DNA of 48,121 bases from Candidatus Zixiibacteriota bacterium (GTDB lineage: Bacteria > Zixibacteria > MSB-5A5 > GN15 > FEB-12), in NCBI GenBank assembly GCA_041742355.1, contig JBGSIV010000077.1, forward strand, positions 1 through 48,121, given 5' to 3'. Position 1 is the stretch's first letter; every line of letters starts with the position of its first letter. Positions 21,647 to 30,993 of this stretch are shown here, piece by piece. The notes under the pieces are model-generated. The model was not told where the DNA came from. It was given only the letters and a program-made list of their open reading frames with translations, and made no database searches. The translations under genes and the position numbers were made by a program.

Positions 21647-21684
21647 GGGGAGGTGACGTCAATGCTTTTCGTACACTGGGAACG

Positions 21685-22341
21685 TCAGGACACCGAGGCC
21701 GGGGCCGTGCCGGCCACTGGCTGACGGTGGTACGGGACGTCGGTGACGCCGATCCAGGAGAGGGTGCTGAGGTTGTACTCAACCACCCGTCCCTGTTCGT
21801 CGGCGACCTTCAAGACATTCTCATGATCGCGAAGGCCCACCGAAATGGGGGTGTACAGATCGCCATTGGTGTTGTTTTCCTTGGACTTGATGCGGATCTT
21901 GCGGCGACTCTGGAGTGCCCGGAAGAACTCCGCCAGGATGTCCGGATCGGTCGGTTGGTTCAAGACATTCTCGCTCGTCTCGAACTCAATGGCCCGCTCG
22001 TCGTCGCGGCGCATGCCCGAGATGAACCCGCCGAGCTTCTGCTCGATTACGGCGAACCGGCGGCGGAAATACGGGTGCTTCGCCAGATTGTTCGAACGGA
22101 GACAGTAGTTGACCAGCGCCACATCCGAACCGTCCAGCGAGTTCTGCGGCAGTTCCGCGTCCGGTGTAAGCTTGTAGCCGTCCCGGTACTGAATGACGAA
22201 CCCCAGCCTGAGAAGGGAGCTGATGTCGCGATACACGGTGCGTTCGGAAACGCCGCATTCGCGGGCCATATCTGCAATATGCACTGCCGTCTGGTTCTTC
22301 AGCAGACCCAGCACATACATCAGACGCTCTGATTTGGTCAC
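21685..22341 (-). CDS. HTH (DeoR/HTH_11-like) plus WYL-like transcriptional regulator
   Basis: 'MTKSERL..VLGLL', 'MARECGVSERTVYRDISSL..LGF.I....GYKL' is a YafY/PafBC-like N-terminus. C-terminal 'ALQSRRKIRIK..Y.P..V' is WYL-like. No WCX domain is evident. Confidence 0.75.
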   Translation of the reverse strand: MTKSERLMYVLGLLKNQTAVHIADMARECGVSERTVYRDISSLLRLGFVIQYRDGYKLTPDAELPQNSLDGSDVALVNYCLRSNNLAKHPYFRRRFAVIEQKLGGFISGMRRDDERAIEFETSENVLNQPTDPDILAEFFRALQSRRKIRIKSKENNTNGDLYTPISVGLRDHENVLKVADEQGRVVEYNLSTLSWIGVTDVPYHRQPVAGTAPASVS

Positions 22342-22746
22342 GATGTTAACCCCTTTTTAGTAGTTATCACAGGCGCCCGGTGCCCGGTGGTCAGTTCCTG
22401 ACCCGTCCCATTACTCAACCGATGATACAATCTGACAGGCGTCTGTTTCCAGCTTGTCGGTCGTTCTAGGTCGGAAAAAGTGAATTGAAGCTACCTGCCT
22501 CTCTGTTAATCGGTCCCTGACGCTTACCGTCGGCCTATCCGCCTAATAGTCACTCCCTGTTGAGACCGGCGGCCATTCGCGTGGCCGCCGGCCAGACAGT
22601 CTGACTCGGATGTCTCAATGCTGTCCAAAGCCACCGCCGGAGCGGGGGCCGCAATCCTAGCGCCCTCTGACAGGAAAGGTCGGGGAAAGTAGCTGATTGG
22701 TCAATAGGAGTAAATTGCTAAGGTAATGCGTATACCAAATACGTAA

Positions 22747-25700
22747 TTATAAGGATTGCAGGTAGGAATTCAGGTTGATGTCGCGATTCTTCAACCCAAG
22801 CTTGTCACGAATGGCCTCGCGGTGTTTATGGACTGTAAGCAGTGATGTGCCAATTGATTCTGCTATTTCCTTGGAGGTATAGCCGTTCTTGATAAGTCTG
22901 CAGATCTGGACCTGACGGGGGGTTAAATTCCGGAACTGCTCACGCAACCCCGAGGCAAATTCTGACGAAATCTGGTCCAGACCGTCCTCCAACACCTCGA
23001 ACAGCGCCGCCTGCGGCTTCCCGCTCATTGCCCTCAGCCGCTGGAGCGTGGGTAGGATGTCCCGCTCGATGTTGTCCATTACCAAGCGCTTAACCCCTTC
23101 CTTCTCCCCTTCAATCTGATTCAGCACCTCTCTCAGCGCGATGTTCTTCTTCTGTAGCGCTTCGTGCTCCTGTTCGAGTTGTTCGTGAGTACGATGGAGG
23201 TCTTCCTCCATTCGTCGCCGCTCGGTAATGTCGATTCCCGAAGCCAGGATGCCGCCGATCTGTCCATCCGGATTTCGGACGCCCGTCAGGTACCAGGCTA
23301 TCAGCCGGCGGTCGCCCGCAACCGTCAAAGCATAGCTTTCATAGTAGTCCAGACCGTCCATTTGCCCAGAAACAAACTTCCGGAACAAACCCCGGACCAG
23401 ATCCCGATCCTCCTTCGGAACAAATTCGTCCACCCATACCCTGCCAATCAGGTCCGCCTCGGGCAATCCGATCAGATCGGCCCCCTTACGGTTGATCATT
23501 AGGATTCGGGTGTCCGGATCGAAGGCCATCATCAGGGTCGCCGCTACATCAAGGTACATCTGAGCTCGCTCCATTTCACGGCGAAGCGCCTCTCGTGTGT
23601 CCTTGAGTTCCTGGATATTGCGGGTGATGGTCAAAATGTGCGGTCTGCCGTCGAGGGTCATCAGGCTGGCTGACATCAGTCCGACCAGCACTGATCCATC
23701 TTTACGGCGGAACTCCATTTCCAGGTTCTCCATGCGCCCCCGATCCCGGAGACACCGAATCATGTGGTCGCGGGCGGTCTGATCGACCCAGATGCCCAAT
23801 TCAAGGCTGCTCCGGCCGATGAGTTCTTCGCGGACGTAACCCGTGATCGAAGTGAATCCTTCATTCACGTCGATGTAGACACCGTCCTCGACACGGGTAA
23901 TAGCGACGGCGTCCGGACTCGTGCGGAAAGCCCGGCGGAATCGCTCCTCGCTCTCGGCAAGAGCCGCGTGGGTTCGGTTGCGCTCGGTGATGTCGAGCGC
24001 AGCCACAGTGATGCCCGCCGACGGGTCCTTCGGATCGACCGGCGCCATCTGCATGAGGACATCGATGATCTCGTCATCCTTGCATCGCAGCCGGGTCTCG
24101 ATCGAGGAGAACCCGATCTCCTCGCTCTGAGCCTCGAGGAAGGCTTCGATACCCCTCCAGTCTTCGTCTGATGCGTACAGGCTGCTGGCTTCGCGCCCCA
24201 CAATCTCTGTACGGTCATACCCGACCATCGAACACAGGTGATCGTTTACCCGTTGGATGATGCGGTCGCGGATCACAGCAATGGCTACCGGCGCCGCCCG
24301 GAAAATGCTCCGCATCGCTGCTTCGCTGGCGCGGAGTGCCTCTTCGGCCTCATGGCGCTGTGTGACGTCGCGGCCGACCGAATGAATCTCGATCAGGCTA
24401 CCGGCATCATCGAAGAGTCCTCGGTCCGTCCACTGCACCCACGCCATACGGCTGCCGGCCATCACCTCCAACTGCTCGTTACTGATAACGGGCGTAGCTG
24501 GACTGAGCCGGGAGGTTTTTTCGCGCAGCATGCTTGAGAGGTCGCGCGTCGGGACTTCCAGGATATTTACCCGCAGTGCCTGTTCCTCGGTTGTTCCAAA
24601 GAAACGGCAGTAATGCTCATTTACGTACGTTCGAGTACCGTCCGGCCGCCATCGCATGATGAGTTCAGTCTGGTCTTCGACGAGACTTCGATATCGTGCT
24701 TCGCTCTCCTTCAGCAGCCGGGCGGCGCGGCTTCGCTCGGTGACATCGAGAAACATTGCCGCCACACGGTCCTGTGAGGTTTGAAAGGCCACTACCTCGT
24801 AGGCTCCGCGAATCTGATCGTCTTCATATATGATTTCGTCGGTTCGCCAGGTCGAACCATCACGGGCCACCTGGCGGTAACGGGCCGGGACCTCCGTGGA
24901 TGCCAGAGGAGGGAATGCTTCCTCAATGGCTTTGCCGATAAATCGGGAGTTGTCCACAGCGAGCATCTGGTCAGCCGCCGGATTTCCCCCTTCGAAAATA
25001 AGCCGACCATCAGGCTCCAATCGATACAGGTGCACTCCCATCGGCGACGACTGGACGATATTGCGGAACTTCTCTTCACTGCGACGAAGGTCATCGGCGG
25101 CCTGGCGTTGAGCTGTCACCTCGGTCATCACGCCGGTGAGGCCGATAATACCCTCCTCCCCTTTGACCGGCCCCAGCGTGATCGTGTACCAGGAACAGCC
25201 AGACGTCTCTCGCCTCATAACCTCCCAGGTCACAGCCCTGCCGGAATGCAGTACCTGGTCGGTATACTCGGCCACCGAGGTCACCCGACCGCAGTCCAGA
25301 AAGTCACTGATGGACCGGCCGATCATCCGTTCCGGGATCTCTCCGGGCAGCGGACGGTTGATGAATGTTATGGCGCCGCCGAGGTCAAGGGTGAACACGA
25401 TATTCGAGAGATTCGTAACCAGCGAACGCCAGAACGCCTCCGAATTCTGCAACGCCTGACGGGCTTCCGACCGCTCCACCGCCGCACCCAGAGTACCAGC
25501 CACAGCATGCACCGCATCCAATTCTGCCTGCGACCAACCGCGACCGGCATCCCGGCTGTGGAACGCGACGAAACCCCAGAACACTCGTTGGACGAATATT
25601 GGTACGGCCGCCAGCGAAAGCACACCTTCCGCAACCATGCGGACTCGCAGCGCTGCCGGGACGTCCTCAACCCCGCCGTGAACCGGCACTCCTTCCGCGA

Positions 25701-27246
25701 GAAGATCGAACACCGGAGCAAAGCCGGAATCATCACAAGGGATGTCAGCAGCCCTCCGATCCTCGTCGTTGCCCTCCTCCGAGTCGCCGGTTGTCCACAC
25801 GCACCGGCAGCGATAGACCGATTCTGTCCCTGACTCGCGACCGTAGATACAGATCCGATCGACCTGGGTCGCGCGCCCGAGACGGGCCAGACAGCTGTAA
25901 ATTGCCTCTGACAGCTCGGGGATCTGAAGCAGCGTCTCGGCAACATCACCCAATGCCTGCAAAATGGCGTCTCGTCGCCACAATTCCAACTCGGCGTGTT
26001 TGCGGGCCGTTATATCCATCAGCACAAGCTGCACCGCCGGTTCCCCGCGAAACAGAATCCGCGAAGCAGCGACGTCGGCCCAGAGCAGCGAACCGTCTTT
26101 GCGGCAGAGCACAGCTTCGTACCGTGAGGGTTCATCTTCGCCGCGGAGACGTGCGATGTAGCGTGGAAGCAAATACCGCGATTCCTGTGGCAGCAAAATG
26201 TCGAAGGAGTCGGCGGCGAGCAGTTCGTCGACGGCGAACCCGGTGACGCTCTCGACCACGGGATTGGCAAATACGATTCGTCCCGCTTCCCCTTGAAGGA
26301 TTACCAGCCCCTGCAGTGACCGATCAACGAGCGTCCGATACTGCTCCTCGCTGCCGCGGAGAGCCGCTTCGGAAACCACCCTGGCCGTGACATCGGTAAT
26401 GAATCCCTCCAGCGCGGTCAGTCCACCGCCCAAATGAACCAGACGCCCCTGCTCCCAGACCCAGCGTTCTGCTCCTGTACGATTGATGATGCGATACTGA
26501 ATCTGAAAGGACCGCTGATTCCTCACTCCCGATTGGACACTCCTCCAAACCAACTCACGATCCTCGGGGTGAATGAGCTGGCCGTAGGGCACTTTCCCGG
26601 ACACCAGGTCTTCCGGCTCGTACCCTGTCAAGTCGCGGCAGCCATCGCTCACGAACTCCATGGGCCAGTCTTCGGTGTTCGCACAGCGATAGGCCATTCC
26701 CGGAAGATTGCTCAACAGCGTACTCAACTGCCGGCGATTTTCCCTGAGCTCCTTTTCGGCAGACTTGCGCAGCGAGATATCACGTATGCTGGTACGGTAT
26801 CCCGAGAGCTGGCCGTCGGTTCCGATGATCGGCTGCCATGATGCTGCAACCCAAAGGGAACTGCCATCCTTGCGGCGAATACGGAACTCGACGTCGTTTC
26901 CCGATGTCCCGTTGAGAGCACCTTCAAAACATCGTGCCGCCCGCTCGCGATCATTGTCCTCAATTAGCGCCAAGGGGAATCCCGACAGGTCAAAGCACTC
27001 CGCCTGAGTATAGCCGGTGACTCGCTCGACGGCCGGGTTGACCCACAGGAGCCGTCCGTCGGCTCCAATCCAGTTCTCCCAATCGTAGCCGTAGTTGGCG
27101 ATCGCCCGGAGGGGATTGTCTTCTCCGACTGCCTCGATATTGAAGCCGTCTTGAAACCGCGGCTTCAGACGCTCCTCGTCGGAGGAATGGGAAATCGACT
27201 CGGGTGGTGCGGAATTGCGCGAGTGCTGGTGGTCGTCTTGGTGCAT
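22747..27246 (-). CDS. Multi-PAS/GAF sensor with a C-terminal LuxR-type HTH (one-component regulator)
   Basis: Nine PAS/PAC units ending in D[IV][ST]-R-like motifs, one GAF, a coiled coil, then 'LTPRQVQICRLIKNGYTSKEIAESIGTSLLTVHKHREAIRDKLGL'. Confidence 0.92.
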   Translation of the reverse strand: MHQDDHQHSRNSAPPESISHSSDEERLKPRFQDGFNIEAVGEDNPLRAIANYGYDWENWIGADGRLLWVNPAVERVTGYTQAECFDLSGFPLALIEDNDRERAARCFEGALNGTSGNDVEFRIRRKDGSSLWVAASWQPIIGTDGQLSGYRTSIRDISLRKSAEKELRENRRQLSTLLSNLPGMAYRCANTEDWPMEFVSDGCRDLTGYEPEDLVSGKVPYGQLIHPEDRELVWRSVQSGVRNQRSFQIQYRIINRTGAERWVWEQGRLVHLGGGLTALEGFITDVTARVVSEAALRGSEEQYRTLVDRSLQGLVILQGEAGRIVFANPVVESVTGFAVDELLAADSFDILLPQESRYLLPRYIARLRGEDEPSRYEAVLCRKDGSLLWADVAASRILFRGEPAVQLVLMDITARKHAELELWRRDAILQALGDVAETLLQIPELSEAIYSCLARLGRATQVDRICIYGRESGTESVYRCRCVWTTGDSEEGNDEDRRAADIPCDDSGFAPVFDLLAEGVPVHGGVEDVPAALRVRMVAEGVLSLAAVPIFVQRVFWGFVAFHSRDAGRGWSQAELDAVHAVAGTLGAAVERSEARQALQNSEAFWRSLVTNLSNIVFTLDLGGAITFINRPLPGEIPERMIGRSISDFLDCGRVTSVAEYTDQVLHSGRAVTWEVMRRETSGCSWYTITLGPVKGEEGIIGLTGVMTEVTAQRQAADDLRRSEEKFRNIVQSSPMGVHLYRLEPDGRLIFEGGNPAADQMLAVDNSRFIGKAIEEAFPPLASTEVPARYRQVARDGSTWRTDEIIYEDDQIRGAYEVVAFQTSQDRVAAMFLDVTERSRAARLLKESEARYRSLVEDQTELIMRWRPDGTRTYVNEHYCRFFGTTEEQALRVNILEVPTRDLSSMLREKTSRLSPATPVISNEQLEVMAGSRMAWVQWTDRGLFDDAGSLIEIHSVGRDVTQRHEAEEALRASEAAMRSIFRAAPVAIAVIRDRIIQRVNDHLCSMVGYDRTEIVGREASSLYASDEDWRGIEAFLEAQSEEIGFSSIETRLRCKDDEIIDVLMQMAPVDPKDPSAGITVAALDITERNRTHAALAESEERFRRAFRTSPDAVAITRVEDGVYIDVNEGFTSITGYVREELIGRSSLELGIWVDQTARDHMIRCLRDRGRMENLEMEFRRKDGSVLVGLMSASLMTLDGRPHILTITRNIQELKDTREALRREMERAQMYLDVAATLMMAFDPDTRILMINRKGADLIGLPEADLIGRVWVDEFVPKEDRDLVRGLFRKFVSGQMDGLDYYESYALTVAGDRRLIAWYLTGVRNPDGQIGGILASGIDITERRRMEEDLHRTHEQLEQEHEALQKKNIALREVLNQIEGEKEGVKRLVMDNIERDILPTLQRLRAMSGKPQAALFEVLEDGLDQISSEFASGLREQFRNLTPRQVQICRLIKNGYTSKEIAESIGTSLLTVHKHREAIRDKLGLKNRDINLNSYLQSL

Positions 27247-27637
27247 ATCGAGTTACCTGAGGTCGACGGCTGTTCCCTTCTTCGCCCTGCGGGGACCTGA
27301 GACTCGTCGATGGCAAAGAGAATGGGCTTACAATTCAGCTTAATTCAAATATGTAAAACCAATCAAAGCGAGTCAACGAAAACCGGTTTCTGACACCCAC
27401 TGACAGCCGATTTTCTGCGTAATTGTAGACTCCTCCGGTAGTTGGGAGAATAGGCGCGAGTATTGGGCTTTCCCCCTATACCCCGGAGATCTCCGGTTCC
27501 CAATAGTGAGAATACGGTCTATCAGCCAGGTTAACCTGTTGCGGATCCTGCGGTTATCCACCCATTCGATCCGGGCATTCCATTTGCACTCTCCGCCTCA
27601 GAAACAAGAATGAAACTGTCTGCCACAAGGGGGTCTT

Positions 27638-29698
27638 ATGGCCCGAACAAATCGAGCGCGTGACAACGATGGGGCCGGCTCTCCGATTGTCGCGTTCTTC
27701 CTGAGAGCCGGTTCGAAACTCCTCTTTGGAGTGGTCATTGTACTGGCTTTCCTGACCATCGCCCAGTGCACGGTGAAGAAGCCGGAGGCACCAACTTGGT
27801 CCACCCAGTTCGTACTGCCGGTCGTCAATCGAACCTACACCATGGAGGAGTTGCTCCAGCGGATCGATGAGGAGGGGCTTGCGATCAATGACTCGGGCGA
27901 AGTGGTCTTCAGCATAACCGAAGACTTCGATACCGTCGGACTCAACGATGATGACTTCGCCACCGATGACCTGAGCTACACGCTGTCCGAGCAACTGGGG
28001 GTCATCGAGTTAATTGCGCCGTCAATATCGCCGGTTACCGTCACCTTTGCCCAAATCGGGTCTTTGGGCGCGGTGCTGCCCGGCGACTCAATGTTTGTTC
28101 CGGACACGACATTCACCGTGGAGAGCGCCCTTCCGCCCATCTCGAGCTTTACGAGCGCCACGGTGGCGCAAGGCCGGATTGACGTGGCTCTCACAAACCA
28201 CCTCGATCTCACGCTGGACAACATCGTGCTCGACCTTGTCGACGCCCAGACAAGCGCCTTGATCGTCAAAGGGACGCGGCAGGCTCCGTTGGCGAGTGGC
28301 GCGCAGGCGATCATTCCGCTGATTCTGGACGGCAAAACGGTTCCCTCGGGGATGCGCCTGGTCGCCACCTACCACTCTCCTGAGGATACTGTCCGCAGCG
28401 CTTCTACCCGCTACATCACATCGTCCTTTGATTTCAGTGATACACTAGCGGTGACGTCCGCCCTGGCCCGAATCCCCGCGCTCACCCGCGTGGACACGAC
28501 TGCGGTGAACCTGGCGGAAACCGAGAAGATTGACTCCGCATCGCTGGCAACCGGATCGTTGCAAATCACCATCACGAACGGCTCCAATCTCGACGCCGCC
28601 GTGACTGTGGATATTCCCGACTTCGTGCATAACGGCCAATCGCTGACATTCGAGCGGCAGGTTCCCGCCCAAGGCTCTGCAAACATCTCCGTGAATCTCG
28701 CCGGATACGCGCTGGTCCCGCAATCCGATGTTGTGCCGCAGCACCTGAATATCGTGGCCACGGCGGACATTCCGGGTACAGGCCTCTCCCAGGTTGCGGT
28801 CAGCCAGAACGACGGATTCACCGTCTCCGCCCAAGTCACCGACCTGACCTTTCACTCAGTTACCGGCCTCTTCCAGAGTATAAGCGCCTCGTTCGACGAC
28901 ATCTCCGAAAACCTGGATGTTCCCACTGGTTTCGAGGACGTCGAACTGGTGAATGCCATCCTCACGCTCGAGATTCAGAACGGCATCGATCTTCCCGGTT
29001 CAATGGACATTCAAATCACCGGCAGCAACGGCAAGCAGACAGCGTTCATCAGCGACATCGCCCCCCGGGGCCTGGCCACCGCTGTGACCACGACCGTCGT
29101 AAATGACGACATCGCCGACTTCCTCTCCCCGCTCCCCTCGCGCATTGATGCCAGCGGCACCGTGACCTTCGGCGACGGCTCCTACCAGGGGACGATCACT
29201 CGTGACGATTTCGTCGTGGGTCGGCTTCTGCTGCATGCGCCTCTGGAGATGATCATCAATCCCTCCACCGTTGATATGGACATCGAAAACGAGGAGATTG
29301 ACCAAGAGGACATCGATATGGTCACCGACCACTTCATCGAGGGGAGATTCGTGTACCAGTTGACCAGCCACCTTCCGGTCGGCGCTTATCTTAACGTTTA
29401 CCTCGGTAGTGACTCGACGACCCTGTTCACCAACCCGCAACTGCGTTTCGATTCGCTGTACATGACGGCAGCCCCGATCGGCCCCGGCGGCATAGTCATC
29501 GACACAGCCCAGACGGGAGAGCAGGAGATCCACCTGGATTCGCTCGACATCCGCATCCTGGAGAATCCGGTGCTCTACATCGGCCAGGAGATCCTCCTGG
29601 AAGGATCGGGCGGGCAAGTGGTGAAGTTCACGGCCAGCGACTACATACAGGTCACCGGGCGGATCGAGATCGAATACCTGTTCAACGGTGAGTTCTAA
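27638..29698 (+). CDS. Putative lipoprotein with repeated beta-sandwich domains
   Basis: Hydrophobic stretch ending 'LTIAQ-C', then 'P.W....LP'. Beta-rich, acidic, 686 aa. First gene of a three-gene operon. Confidence 0.75.
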   Translation: MARTNRARDNDGAGSPIVAFFLRAGSKLLFGVVIVLAFLTIAQCTVKKPEAPTWSTQFVLPVVNRTYTMEELLQRIDEEGLAINDSGEVVFSITEDFDTVGLNDDDFATDDLSYTLSEQLGVIELIAPSISPVTVTFAQIGSLGAVLPGDSMFVPDTTFTVESALPPISSFTSATVAQGRIDVALTNHLDLTLDNIVLDLVDAQTSALIVKGTRQAPLASGAQAIIPLILDGKTVPSGMRLVATYHSPEDTVRSASTRYITSSFDFSDTLAVTSALARIPALTRVDTTAVNLAETEKIDSASLATGSLQITITNGSNLDAAVTVDIPDFVHNGQSLTFERQVPAQGSANISVNLAGYALVPQSDVVPQHLNIVATADIPGTGLSQVAVSQNDGFTVSAQVTDLTFHSVTGLFQSISASFDDISENLDVPTGFEDVELVNAILTLEIQNGIDLPGSMDIQITGSNGKQTAFISDIAPRGLATAVTTTVVNDDIADFLSPLPSRIDASGTVTFGDGSYQGTITRDDFVVGRLLLHAPLEMIINPSTVDMDIENEEIDQEDIDMVTDHFIEGRFVYQLTSHLPVGAYLNVYLGSDSTTLFTNPQLRFDSLYMTAAPIGPGGIVIDTAQTGEQEIHLDSLDIRILENPVLYIGQEILLEGSGGQVVKFTASDYIQVTGRIEIEYLFNGEF

Positions 29699-29710
29699 AG
29701 GAGTCCCGGC

Positions 29711-30976
29711 ATGAAATCAATCTTAAGAATACATCCGTGGGGTCTGTTGGGGGGAATGATGGTTGCGGCGCTGGTATTCAGTTTACCGCGAGCCGAAGCC
29801 GCTCCCTCGTCGGCCCGCAGCATGGCGATGGGCGAGGCCTTTACTTCGTTGGCAATGGGCGTCGATGCCGCACGGTTCAATCCGGCCAACCTCGGCCTCG
29901 ACGGCTTCCGCCGGGCGGAACTCGAGCTGGTCGGTGTCGGAGTCAATCTGGACAATAACTCGTTTAGCCTTGAGGATTACAACAACTACACCGGTGCGTT
30001 CCTCACCGATGCCGACAAGTCCGACATTCTGAACAAAATCCCGGATCAGGGTCTGTCTCTCACAGCCAACGCCCATGCTTCCGCCATGGCGCTGTCGGCC
30101 GGTCCGTTCGTTATCTCGGTGAGCGGTGTCGGCCAGGCTGAGGTAAACCTCAGCAAGGACATCGTAAACCTTCTCCTCAACGGCAACTCCTTTGGCGATT
30201 CGGTGGGTGTCACCGGATCGTATTCGGATGCCATCGGCTACGCGGCAGCCGGAGTCTCTTATGGGCTGCCACTCTACACTTCGGGCTCCCGACAGCTCGC
30301 CGTGGGCGTGACGGCAAAGTACATCCGCGGACTCGCTATCGAACAGATTGTCGAGATGGAGGGACTGGCCGCCACCTTTGCGACCGGCTATGAAGGTGAA
30401 GGACGCATGATCGCCCGGACTGCCACCGGCGGTTCCGGGTATGGCGTGGATATCGGCGCCGCCCTGAAGCTTTCCGACAACTACACCACCGGTGTGCGGG
30501 TTTCCAACGTACTAAGTTCTATCACCTGGAGCACCGACCCCGAAGAACACAGCTACATCTTCAGCTTCGACACCGTGACGGTGGACAACATGGAAGACGA
30601 TTTCGTGGTGTCGGAAAGCGAGACACGCTCGATCGAGCCGTTCTCAAGCACCCTGCCGTCGGTGATGAATGTTGGCTTCGCCAACACAACCGGAAAATTC
30701 GTGTGGGGTGTTGACTGGCAGCAAGGGTTCCGCCGTGCCGCCGGTGCCGCAACGGAGCCGCGGATTGCCGTCGGCGCAGAGTGGTCGATCATCCCGCTTC
30801 TGCCGCTTCGGGCCGGCTACGCCACCGGCGGGGAACGCCCCTCGGCCGTATCCTTCGGCTCGGGCCTCGATCTCGGCCCCATTTACATTGACTTCGCCGC
30901 CGTGACCGGCACCTCGATTTCCCCCTACTCAACCAAAGGTGTGAACGTCGCCTTCTCCACGGGCATGACGTTCTGA
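29711..30976 (+). CDS. Outer-membrane beta-barrel protein (FadL/PorV/DUF5723-like)
   Basis: Signal peptide, 'SARSMAMGEAF..LA.GVDA..FNPANL', 'GYGVDIGA', 'PLRAGY', terminal Phe. Confidence 0.8.
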   Translation: MKSILRIHPWGLLGGMMVAALVFSLPRAEAAPSSARSMAMGEAFTSLAMGVDAARFNPANLGLDGFRRAELELVGVGVNLDNNSFSLEDYNNYTGAFLTDADKSDILNKIPDQGLSLTANAHASAMALSAGPFVISVSGVGQAEVNLSKDIVNLLLNGNSFGDSVGVTGSYSDAIGYAAAGVSYGLPLYTSGSRQLAVGVTAKYIRGLAIEQIVEMEGLAATFATGYEGEGRMIARTATGGSGYGVDIGAALKLSDNYTTGVRVSNVLSSITWSTDPEEHSYIFSFDTVTVDNMEDDFVVSESETRSIEPFSSTLPSVMNVGFANTTGKFVWGVDWQQGFRRAAGAATEPRIAVGAEWSIIPLLPLRAGYATGGERPSAVSFGSGLDLGPIYIDFAAVTGTSISPYSTKGVNVAFSTGMTF

Positions 30977-30993
30977 GGAAAGGACTCTTCGCT

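Noticed and set aside
21627..21684. preQ1 riboswitch upstream of queT
   Set aside because: No preQ1-I stem-loop with an A-rich tail is recognisable in the 58-nt gap.
11745..25833. Long antisense or alternate-frame ORFs (11745-12791, 17114-18247, 18293-19207, 19619-20683, 24781-25833; likewise 39155-40291, 41604-42566, 43624-44544)
   Set aside because: Shadow ORFs of well-supported genes in GC-rich DNA, with no domain motifs.
27554..27562. DnaA-box-like TTATCCACC
   Set aside because: Single mismatched copy with no box cluster or AT-rich unwinding element.
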